A stretch of DNA of 56,925 nt, the filler included, from Hydrolagus affinis (taxonomy: Eukaryota), in the NCBI GenBank assembly GCA_012026655.1. It is 4 parts of 4 records of this genome, joined end to end, with 100 filler letters (N's around TTAATTAATTAA, not from the genome) between each part and the next. Parts side by side here need not be neighbours in the genome. Positions count along the whole stretch, not along the records: positions 31,740 to 42,897 come from JAAILG010024008.1; positions 42,998 to 56,925 come from JAAILG010019882.1; 2 more parts are not named here. One strand, written 5' to 3'. Numbering within the stretch: the stretch's first letter is position 1; the number at the start of each line of letters is the position of its first letter. Under the pieces are notes generated by a model. The model was given only the letters and a program-made list of their open reading frames with translations. It was not told the origin of the DNA and did no database searches. A program made the position numbers and the translations under genes. This document shows positions 38,724 to 49,604 of this stretch, in pieces.

Positions 38724-39083
38724 CAAGTCAACTGGCTCATCAGACTTTGCAGCAGTTTTATGCTCTTACCACATTGAAGGGAGACTGTGTGACATTGAGT
38801 TGTCTGTACCAAGAACCTTATTTAGAAAGGTTTACAGTGAAATGGTATTTCCTGTCTGATACGCTGAACTCCACCGAGAACATCGCAACATTATCATCTG
38901 AAAGTAGTCTGGTGAACAACTCTCACTATGCTGTCGGGCACGCTGTCACGAATAAAAGATTTACTCTGCAAATCAAGGATGTTCAAGTCAGTGACAAGGG
39001 AGAGTATTACTGTAGGTTGTTGGTAACTCTACCACCTCCGACAGTTACAAAAATGGGAACAAGAACGAGGCTGAATGTGACCG
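38724..39083 (+). CDS. Germline-joined VJ-type Ig domain exon of a non-rearranging IgSF gene
   Basis: CCTCCAG acceptor, GTAATT donor, phase 1-1, open; VTLSC, VKWY, LQIKDVQVSDKGEYYC followed without RSS by a J-like strand MGTRTRLNV. Confidence 0.88.
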
Positions 39084-40042
39084 GTAATTACTTCACACAT
39101 TTGATGAATTAGATTTGTTGCTCCATGGGTGATGGGTGGGGGTGGTAGGGGTGAATGGAGGTAAGAGGGGTCGCCTCGGAGCTGAACTGGCCCCAAGGTG
39201 ATATGTTTGACAATGGAATGTCAGAATCAAGCCCACCCTCTGTGACGGTCTCTAGTCCCGGATCATGAGCCAGACTGAGGTCCGCAGTATATCCAGGGCT
39301 TTCTCTCTCTCGCTCGCTGCTGATGACAGCACAGTCCAGCCTGGCTCATCGGCAGGACCTGGAAGGGCAGACCATTCACTGGGGGTCCTGTTAACCCTGC
39401 AGCCAAAGCCCAAACGGGTCTGTTGTTCCCAGTGACAAACGTAAGCGCTATATCAAATGCAAGGATTATTATTATTATTATAATAATTTCGCTGGTAAAA
39501 CTCCACCCAACCCTGGCATACAGGGGACTTTACTTACTTACTGAAATCTATGCCACAAATAGATGAATTTCAAGATCCTCACAATCCTTTTCAAATCTCT
39601 TCATGTCGTGGCACCTCCCCTACCTCCCAAACCTAGTTACCCTCCTGCTCCACTCGCTGTGTCTCATCTCGACTGAATCCGGCCTCGTGAGTTCAGTTCT
39701 ACTATCGGTGGTCGCAATTTCAGCACCAAATCTCTGGAAGTCTATTCCTCCGCTTTGCCCTCTTCCTTTCCCATCTGAAGATTGCACCTGTAGACCTTCC
39801 TGTTTGACTGTGCCTAACATCTGCTGTCCCCTCCCCCAGCTCCACATCGTGCTCCGCCACTCTCTAGTTCTCTGGGACACTACCCTGCAAGAGGGGAGCT
39901 GTGTAATTTCACGTTGTTGTAGTTGTTGTATGTATTGGCACAGTGTCCTGTCCACTAGAGCCACACTCATTGTGACACACTCTATCTGTTGCACTTGGAT
40001 TCACTCTCTTGTAATTTCTCTTCTGTTTCCTTTTGTAACTAG

Positions 40043-40363
40043 CTAGGCCTTCCCTTCGGATATTTCCATCTGTTCCTATGGAAAACTCTTCTTCCCGATG
40101 GGTCTCGGTCTCATGTTTGGCAAGTGGCTTCTACCCAGAGTCTATCGAGATGAGATTTCACAGCACCTGCCTTGCCCATCGCCTCACAAAATGGACGCTC
40201 TCCACTCCGACCAGAAACTCTGACAGAACCTACAACATCACAGCCGGTGTCTGTGTCCCCACAGCGACCTGCACTGAGGGAGCCCACATCACATGCACCG
40301 TCCGGCACCCAGCATTGCAGTCGGAGATAAACCAGACTGAGTTCATAATCCCACCACACAAGG
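40043..40363 (+). CDS. C1-set Ig domain exon of the same gene
   Basis: AACTAG acceptor, GTATGT donor, phase 1-1, open; ARPSLRIFP, VSCLASGFYPESI, RNSDRTYNI, ITCTVRHPAL. Confidence 0.88.
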
Positions 40364-42897
40364 GTATGTTACACCTTACTCAATACAATATTTCCATTTA
40401 TGTCGCTGTTGGTGTCACTGTTGACTTCTGGTCTTGATTTTGTGAAATTCCCATCAATTGATTAATCTGTGGAGTCCTGTAGCTCAATGATTAGAGCCCA
40501 CGCCTTACATGCAGGAGACCTGGGTTCAATTCCAGGCAGGCTGCAACGTTGGGCAAGTTTCCTTACCTCACATGCCTAATAATCCCACAAAAAAATAATA
40601 ATCAATTGGTCATTTCAATCCATGACTGTTTGTGGGACATTGTTGTGTGCGATCGGCTGCTGCGTTTCGCCCACAAATATACAGTCAATTCACTTTACAG
40701 TCATCAAATCAAAAACAGTGTCAGAGTGCTTCTCTGACTTTTTATAATAATAATAATTCTTGCATTTGATATAGCATCTTCTAGAGCAAAGTGCTTCACA
40801 GAATATACTGCAAAGTGAATCGACTGTAGACTTTATGGTTGAAATGAAGCAGCCAATTGCACACAGCAGTGTCCAACAAACAGATGGTGATTGAATGACA
40901 GCATTTATAAAATATATATTTATTAATCGTTCAATTAGGAAAGCAATCCGCCAATCGTCTAACAGCCGGGTTCCTACTGATTGCTAGGTATACAGAGGGG
41001 TATGGAGTAAGGAAACTTGTCTAATCTTTCACCCTGCACGGGAATTGAACCTGTTGTTTGTGAAGCTCTCACCACTATGCTACTCCATGAAGAAGTTCCT
41101 CCTAAACTACCTGTTAGATCTTTTCGTCGTGAAAGGCGCTATACAAATGTAATTTTTTTGTGGTTGTTGTTATTGTTGCTGCTGCCTCGCTTGTATATTT
41201 GTGCGCCCTCATTTCTGAAATATTTTTAGCTTTTGGTTTCCACGAAATGCTAATGTGTAAAGGTCACACGGGAAGCAACAGCTCCACAATGAGAGTGCAG
41301 TGCAGCCCGAGACAGCGCTACTGTAACCTGCGCACGTCTCAGTGTTTCCATTGATCAGTGCAGCAAGCGGAGAGCAGCCTGAAGCTCTGTGGCGTGAACT
41401 CTTAATGTTGCACCTTCGGTAGCTCAGGCAATCCATACTCCACCTTATGCCATTTCAGGCGTCCTGTGGTTAGATGAATTTATATATACGCACACAGCGA
41501 GGCCACCTGTATAAAACCACACGGAGACTCAGGGCGTAGATACCCGAAGTTGGGTGGCGAACGTGCAAATATGTCCAGGCTGTTTAGCAACAGGTTTGAG
41601 CCACCTCCCCCCCATCTTACCTCAACACATTGGTAGGACCAGAAGCTGTTGATGGCTGCCATTGTAGGTGTCAAGTGTGGCATTTTGTGCTATGGCGGGA
41701 CTGGACTCAACTCAACCAAACGATTGGAGGCTAGACAACAACAAACGATAATAATCCCTCCAAAAAAACCTATAATACAGGTAAATTGGTATTTTCAATC
41801 CACGACCGTTTGTGGGACACTGCTGTGCACAATTGGCTGCCGCGTTTCACCCACATAAAATGTGTATAGCTGCGTACAGTTAATTCAGCATATTCTGTGA
41901 AGTGCTTTGAGATGTCTACAAGACACTATGACAAATAGAAGGATTATTTTTTACTACTATTATTATGTGGAAACCACCCTTCACGTCAGGAGGATGTCCT
42001 AAGGTGCTGGACTGTCTGTCTGGGGTTTGGACCCGACCTGAGGATTGGGATCAGGAGGTGTTAAGGAGAGTGGGTGTAGGAGGGTGACTGAAAGTACAGT
42101 TGAAGAAGAGTCGGACCTTGAAGGAGGAAAGGAAGTGGGTGAGGTGAAGGGACTGTGGGATGGAGTTTCAAAGGGTTGAAGCAGAGAGGCTAAAGGCCCG
42201 ACTGTTGATGGTGGGATTGGCTGGAACAGGCTGGAGCCTGTTGAAAGGAGGTAGAGGACAGGTCAATATGGCAAGACAGTTAGACAGTATCTGTCTTCCC
42301 TTTGACTCCTTTAGTTGAGTTGAGTGCAAGCCATGCCCTGGGGACCATTGTAATAGTGGACACTGTTTTGCTGAAGCTGGGGTGGAGGGGAGCTGGGGTT
42401 GTGGGGAGGGTAAGAGAGGAGTTACATCCATAGGTGGGGAATAATTGCCCACTTACCTGAACGGTGGATTTCAATGATGGGATAATCATCTCAAAAGTTC
42501 CATCTCAAATCATTTCCTAACGGGATCCCTGCTGAAGAAATTCAAGACTCACAATATGCCAGAACCTTCTTCTTAACTGAGAATACAACAACTTGGATTG
42601 ATATAGTGCCCATCATCTGGGAGCGCTCAGACTCCCTATACTTCTGACATGTTCCTGCAGGTGGAGGGGAATTCTGAATATACTTGTGGCTGTGGGAAGA
42701 GCGGTGCAGATGGGGTTCGGTTCAATTTGCATCATTTAGGTGTAAGCCTGGCATTGTTGAGTGCACTGTTTTTCAGAGAAGATATAAACTCGGGTTCCAA
42801 AGGCTTGCTTGGGTGGATGTTAAAAATATAATTTGGGCAAGTTTCCTTACTCCACACACCTGACAATAATCCCTCCAAAATTTTAAAAATAATTTGG

Positions 42898-42997
42898 NNN
42901 NNNNNNNNNNNNNNNNNNNNNNNNNNNNNNNNNNNNNNNNNTTAATTAATTAANNNNNNNNNNNNNNNNNNNNNNNNNNNNNNNNNNNNNNNNNNNN
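42898..42997. other. Scaffold gap with artificial linker
   Basis: Ns with TTAATTAATTAA at 42942-42953. Confidence 0.97.
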
Positions 42998-43068
42998 CCT
43001 TCCTCCCTCCCTCGCTCGCTCGCTCACTCGCTCACTCACTCACACACACTCACACACTCACACACACA
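42998..43068 (+). repeat. Compound microsatellite (CCCT/CGCT/CACT/CA)
   Basis: Directly visible at the gap edge. Confidence 0.9.
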
Positions 43069-43248
43069 CTGTTGTTGAAGTCATCGAACATGAACAGAGC
43101 AACAACGTCCTGACCACAAGTTCACAGGGATGGATTGTGTCATGAAGCAATGCTTTTCTGTCATGGAAGTGATGCTGAAACACCTCGTCGCCGACAAAAA
43201 ATTTGTATAATGAACTCAGGTGCAAAGCTAGTCTCCTGAGGAGCGACA

Positions 43249-44158
43249 ATGGGACTGTTCATCACTTCGCTTCTCTTATTGAGCTTTATATCAGGTGAGG
43301 CTGTGTACCATACAATACATATGATATGTATGCAAGTATTGCCTGTTTCTTCTGAAGATGATTGAATGTTCTGGCATCAATAATAATCATAAACCTTCCA
43401 TTTGATATTGCGATTTTCACGTTTTATCAACTTCTCATAGCGCTTCACAGCATATCAAGTGAATTGACTGTACATTTATGGGCGAAACATGGCAGCCAAT
43501 TGCGCACAGCAGCGTCCCCAGAAACAGTCGTGGATTGAAATGATCAATTTTATAATTGTGCTATTTTTGGAGGATTTATATTTTGTGCCCAGTATCCCAA
43601 AAGCAGAAATGGATTGAGCGAGCACTTCCGTAATTTTAGATTGCTACTGTCTCCACAAAGGCGATCCGGCAATGAACAAACGATTGGTACCTCCTTATTC
43701 CTCAGTTAACTCGTATGTATGTGATGACCATGTTAACTAACTGAATGGTTTGTCCTATCCCTTAACCTTCTCATGTCTGAGCTTAGTGGTCTATCAGTAC
43801 AAGAATTGCACAATGTTTGACGCTGATCCTTTTATTTGTTTGCTGATGTGCTGCTGGAAGATTCAATCAGACAGCAGTTACCCAGGCTGAGCAAACAAGA
43901 GGGAGACACGGCGAGTCTTAGCTGCTCATATACCACCAGCTCGCCCTTTGCCGCTCTGTACTGGTACAGGCATTACCCAGGACACCCTCCCCAATACATT
44001 CTATACAGAGATATTTATGAAGGTAGCTACTCTGCAGATTTTGCAAAAGGACATTTTTCTTCACAGCTTGACAAGAGTCAGAAACAAACCACATTAAGCA
44101 TAACCAGCCTCATTATCACAGACGCTGCCACATATTGTTGTGGTTTAAGAACAAGTAG
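43249..44158 (+). CDS. V segment V12, open frame but canonical acceptor mutated (leader 43249-43294, V exon 43846-44158)
   Basis: Leader MGLFITSLLLLSFIS/GTGAG; expected AG reads TG at 43844-43845; SLSC, YWYRHYP, DAATYCCGLR. Confidence 0.8.
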
Positions 44159-44197
44159 CACAGTGCTGCAAGTCAACGCCTTGCCTGTAGAAAAACC
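44159..44197 (+). other. 23-RSS of V12
   Basis: CACAGTG, 23 bp, AGAAAAACC. Confidence 0.88.
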
Positions 44198-46788
44198 TAG
44201 TCAATATTAACGCTCAATGAATCCAGAAACAATGGTCAATTTCAGTCAACCTCAGATTTATGCTTAGAACATTCGCCTCGGAAGCGAGAATACCCTGCTT
44301 TGATTACTAGCAGGGTAAAGTTTTGAGCAAGTATCCGTCATTCAAGCAGTACTAACTAGCAATAAGATGGACAACATTTGTTAGTTGATAATTGCTTATC
44401 GAGTGATTAATATTCGTGGATGAAAAATGTTAGTCCCTCAATCCAACACTGCTTGTGGGACTCTGTTGTTTGCAATTGTCTGTCGTGTTTCCTGCACAAC
44501 CGACAAATTGGTCAAGTTACTTACTGCAAACACACACACGCGTGACAATAATCCGTCCAAAGCAAACCACAATAACAAAAATTGTTCATTTCAATCCACG
44601 ACCGTTTGTGGGACGCTGCTGTGTGCAACTGGCTGCCACGTTTTGTCCACAAATATACAGTCTATTCATTTTACTGTGTATTCGGTGAAACGCTTTGAGA
44701 TGTCGATAATATGTGTAAAGCGTATGAAATGCAAGCACTATTTTTAGTTTTATTATTAATGGTCAGTCAACTTAATTTTTCAGTGCATTTTATGATGCCC
44801 CTTGATAAGTCACGAAGATGTGATAAGTCACTTTATGAAATGCAAGTATTATTGCAATTATTAATATTATTATTGACAGCATTAGTGCTAATGTTATTGT
44901 TAATATCATTGTTATTCTACTTCTAAGTATTATTTGTGTTGCTGTAACTATCGTTATTACTGTTGCAAATATTGTCAAGATCTGTCAGACAACAAGACTG
45001 TACAGAAATTCCGGTAATGTGTGAAATGTTTCAATTCAGCACAAATATTACTCCTGCCATTGACTTACTTGACAAATTGTGACATTGATGCCGTGGCTCT
45101 GAGAAGAATCAAGCGACTATTTTCCAAACACAAGCATAAATTCGTCCAGTGGTTCGTGTACGGAAAGTGTGAAAGAAATACTGGTAATAATCCTTATCAT
45201 TGATAAAGCACCTCATGACATTTTCGAGATTCTCAAAGCGTCTCCCGTGATATACCTTTGGCCCGTGCCCTCTACCATTCCAAACTTCATGACCCCATCA
45301 CCCCCATCCTCGCCCAGCATCCGGAGGATCTAATTCAAGTAGTGCAAGGTTTCTTTGAACAGGTTGAGTGTTGTACATCATGTCGTGCTTAATTATTAAA
45401 ACGCCTGCTTTGGAAATGGCTCATGTTAGGATTTTGGATGATCCATTTGTTTGTTTCTTATATTGTATTGTATTTGTTCATTCTTTTCTGCCTGTTTGAT
45501 AAGCGAAAATACATGTCGTTGGTGAGAAACCTGGCAGTATTGGCACTTATTATCTATTTGTTTGAACCAAGAAACCCAGTCAAAATCAATAACAACAACT
45601 TGGATTTATATAGCGCCTTCCATGCCTGACGGCGTCTCGGAACGCTTTAAAGTCATCAAACTGCAATACTTCTTCAAACCATTGGTGTAGAAAAGAGTTC
45701 TTGCAACTAAGTCAGCCTTTTAGTTATAATCTGTAAATGACAAATATTGACATTTCAGTTCTGCTGCCAAAGAAATTGTGATAATCTTGTCATAGCCTAT
45801 TTCTCACGTATTCAATCCACTTTGTTTGTGGGACAGTGCTGTGCACAATAGGCTGGTGCGTTTCGCCCCTCAAAAAACAATAAATTGGATAAATTCACTT
45901 TAACGTATTGAGACACCGTCTGGTGTGGTGGGCGCTATTTAAATCGAAGTTGTGGCTGTTGTGGTTGTTATTGTGTTAAGTGCTTTCAGAAAATTAGAAG
46001 ACGTGAAAAGCGCTATATCAAGTATTAGGATTGTTACTTTGCCTACCCATAAAAATATAAAAATCCAGTCAAGAAACTTTGATTACCAACAGTTTTTACA
46101 AATTTTAATTTTTCATAATTTAACCCTAATATTTTTGAACGTTGTTCTCATGTATCCATATATCCTGTAAAAAAAATGTTTTAACATTCATTTGTCCATA
46201 ATGTAGTCGCTTGTAACTCGGTAGTTAGACTAATCAGCTTGCCTGTGAGAGACTTGATTTGATCTGTAGGCAGGGCGCAACTTTGTAAAAATGTCCTTAC
46301 TTGACTGGCCTGATAATAATCCCATGACAAAACGATGTTACATTATTGATTGCATTCCACAGTTATTTGAAGGACTCTACCCTTTGCAATTGACTGCCAT
46401 ATGTTGCCCATAAAGTAACAGTTAGTTCAGTTTGTGGCATATTCTTATTAAGGCTTGGGAACGTCTACATGATGAGAAAAGCGCTATATCAAATTCAAGG
46501 ACTATTAAATGCATTAGTTTGTATGATGTATCGACATGATCATTGGAAATGTGAAGAAACACAGTGACTCTGGCATTTGTCTCTGGTATCAATTTCCTTG
46601 ATTTAACTTGATGCCTTTATAAAGATTTTATCCCAGAATGAGCCCCAATTTCTCTTCAGTACACAACATTGGTAAGCCTGGTTTAACAGGACTGCGCGAT
46701 GTATTTTAGGCCTTGTCTCTATGTTTCACATTTGGTCTCTATAAAACAGGCCTTGCTGTTTCTCTGCATAATAAGCCTGGTGACTGTA

Positions 46789-46916
46789 TTAACATTTTGT
46801 TCTCCATATAATAGATGAGTGCACTGTATAGGCGCCCATGTCTGTGTATATGTGGCCTTGCCTCGGCTTCTGGAAGGCTCCGCCCTCAGAGTCGTCATTG
46901 TCTTCCTGCAGCTGAT
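46789..46916 (-). CDS. Paralogous copy of the SRCR-receptor cytoplasmic exon, ending in a stop (alternative last exon or remnant)
   Basis: TTAACAG acceptor; DQLQEDNDDSEGGAFQKPRQG matches exon 50432-50575 (DQFQEEYDDSESGALQQPRQG), then diverges to TAA. Confidence 0.5.
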
Positions 46917-49461
46917 CTGTTAACAGTGAGACAATAATTCATGTTTCAATATTTCGATAGGAAAGTAGGCAGCAGATATATTATAATCGCATAATTCTGG
47001 ACCTCCTTCTTCTGTGTGAGAGCAGATGAATTTCCTCAGATAGGATGTGCTACAATAGTGAACCCATTGATCAGCGATCCGAAGGCCTAGCTACCTGGTG
47101 TGAAAACATCTTCCAGAATATGATTAGTTCTGTCTGCTCAAGTGAATATCAGAAGGAAATGTTTCTGGAAGAAGCACAAATTAACGAGTAAAGATAAGTA
47201 CATATACAACACTTGATCTTAATGATTTTGGTAATATTATATGCCTGTGTACTCTCCAACTCATTAATTGACTTCTCAGTTGACATGTAATTAGACTTGG
47301 TCCTATCACAGTTTCCAGTCTGTTTCTCTATGGGTGAAACGGACTTGAGATTAGGGTCACTGCCAGGTTGGCAGCTATATGGTGAAATGGGCAAATGGTT
47401 GTACACAGCAATTTATTCATTGTATTGAACAGCTTCTTGGAACTAGTTGAGTGTTGTGCTTAATTTGACGCCTAATTTTCAATACTTGTTTACAATTCTG
47501 AGTATTATCTGAGTAGTATCTGGCAGGGTGACTAATTTGAGCCTATATTCTCTCGAATATAGAAGAATTGGAGGGGATCCTATGGTAACGTATAAGATTA
47601 TTAAACTGCACGACAAAGTAGGTAGTGGGAGATTGTTTCCCCTAGTAGGAGAAATTAACACTAGGGTTCACAGTCTTCAAGTCAGGGGTCAGCCCTTTGC
47701 ACCATGTTGAGAAAAATGCAATGTATGTGATTGTGTTACATTTGCTGTTGAAGGTAGCAGAAATGTCAAGGTGGAAAGTTAGAAGGTGGGTACCCTGTTT
47801 GCAAATGAACTGGACGCTAAGAAACTCAGGGAATGTGAAATCATGAAACTGCTGGGGGGTTTTCAGAGCAATGCATTCACGGACGGATGTATAATAATTA
47901 ACCTGACATAATTCGTTTGTTAAGTTTGTGCAAATGGAAAGAATACACCACAATTGGAAGTATTATTGACCATTTCATATTTATTGAAGTCGATTTGTGT
48001 ATCAATCATGACTTACAATGTGATTGTAAATTCGATAAAATGTCAAAAGTAGAAAGCTCCCTGCCAAGGCATGGTGGGTGTTGTCACCAACATTAGTACA
48101 CTTTACTTTTGTTTACTCAGCGATAGTGTAGCACTATCAGTATATGGAAGTCAAAGAGTAAAAACTAAAAATTCTGGTTCCGATTATTAATTATATTTAA
48201 ATTGTGTCCAATGAAAACAATTACGAATTACTCTCTTTAGCAGAGAATCAAATTCGATTCTCGAGATTCTACAATGAATGTGAGCAAACATGCTTAAAAC
48301 GCTGCTATTTTTATCACAACAACTGTTTTAAAAAGACGATTAAAGAAAATCCGAACGATTCCCACACTTCTTTATAGAAAAGTATCCTCAGTCAAATAAA
48401 GACTAAATGTGAAGGATGAAATCATGAAAAAATTCAGTACTACATGATAACATTAAAACGTGAGTCAAACTACTGCAATGTCTAAAGTACACAATGTATT
48501 CACCATGAAATATGTGAATCGTGGAAGCATGATATGCAGAGAGCATAAAGGAAAACTATTATGGAAAAATTTTACATTGTTGCATATTAATTGTGCTATA
48601 ATTTTATGGAACAACTATACCACCCTTCTGCACCGATTTTCCATTCGAGGAGCATCAGAAATCAGAAGGGACCAAATTACATCTGAACGGCTCTCTAAAT
48701 CAGGCAAAAAAATCAAAGTCATTTAAAGTAAAGAAGATTATTTTCATCAAACAGCATTACATTGCTCCCTCTTTTGACGTTTAAATGTACAGCATGTTGT
48801 ATCCGACACTATCTGTGGCCGTGAGTTGTGTTCAATCATTACGTACTGATAGAATATGTATTTCATATGGTGGCTATAATATTTCCAGCAGTTGCGTCGA
48901 TGTTCTCAATGGAAAACGCAATTTTCACGCTCACTTTGCAGCTAATATCTCAATACTAAATAAGTTTTTTGGTTCAGGAAAATAAAATAGAATATTCTGC
49001 GGAAGAAGGTCGAAACATTGATCACTGAGTCAATAAAAAACGGCGAAAACAGATTCGAATGGTAACAAATAAATGCAATGCCACATCTACCCGTTGTGGG
49101 ATTTTGTGAAGGAATTTTTAATTTGAAGTCTAACACCGATTATTGTAATCCTCAGTAAGGCAGCTATACATGCTTATTGCTCTGCAGTATGAACGGTATA
49201 TGGCGTGCAGTACTGCCGATCAGCCTGAAGTCAGGATTGTCTTTGATTATAATCACTGACTGTGTTCGTCAGGGTGTATAACCTCTGATATCAGCCCTCG
49301 CTGAGCACAACTCTAATTAAAATAGATCCGTCACTATGGTGATTGACTAATGCCAGGAATTTGGTGCGGTGGGTGTGTTGGTCGGGGGGTGGTTCTGTGG
49401 TGTGAAATAATCAGTGACTTATCAAGTCCTAAACTACCTGTTTTTGATCTGGATGTTAATC

Positions 49462-49604
49462 TCAAACGGAGCAGATCTGAGGAGATTCCCTCTGATTCCC
49501 ATTCGGAAGCTGCTCGGTGTCAGGGTCACAGTCAACGTCATCATAATTACACTGAATGACTTCGTCAGGAACCAGAAGGTCACTGACTGTGTGACATCTG
49601 CCAC
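49462..49604 (-). CDS. SRCR receptor terminal cytoplasmic exon
   Basis: CTCTGCAG acceptor, phase 1, GGRCHTVSDLLVPDEVIQCNYDDVDCDPDTEQ...ICSV-TGA. Confidence 0.68.

Noticed and set aside
39047-39055. ACAAAAATG nonamer-like sequence inside the VJ exon as an RSS scar
   Set aside because: No CAC heptamer at 12 or 23 bp upstream; explained by codons for T-K-M
42457-42654. Minus-strand exon-like segment with strong acceptor and GTAAGT donor
   Set aside because: Stop codons in all three frames and no partner exons found
119-44197. Ig heavy/light clusters, VH-delta or NAR-V segments
   Set aside because: No D, J or C within the array and V motifs are TCR alpha/delta-like; exact alpha versus delta assignment also not possible by eye
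47149-47406. Minus ORF with SINELES resembling the SINKLAYY tail exon
   Set aside because: Similarity limited to a few residues and no convincing splice sites identified
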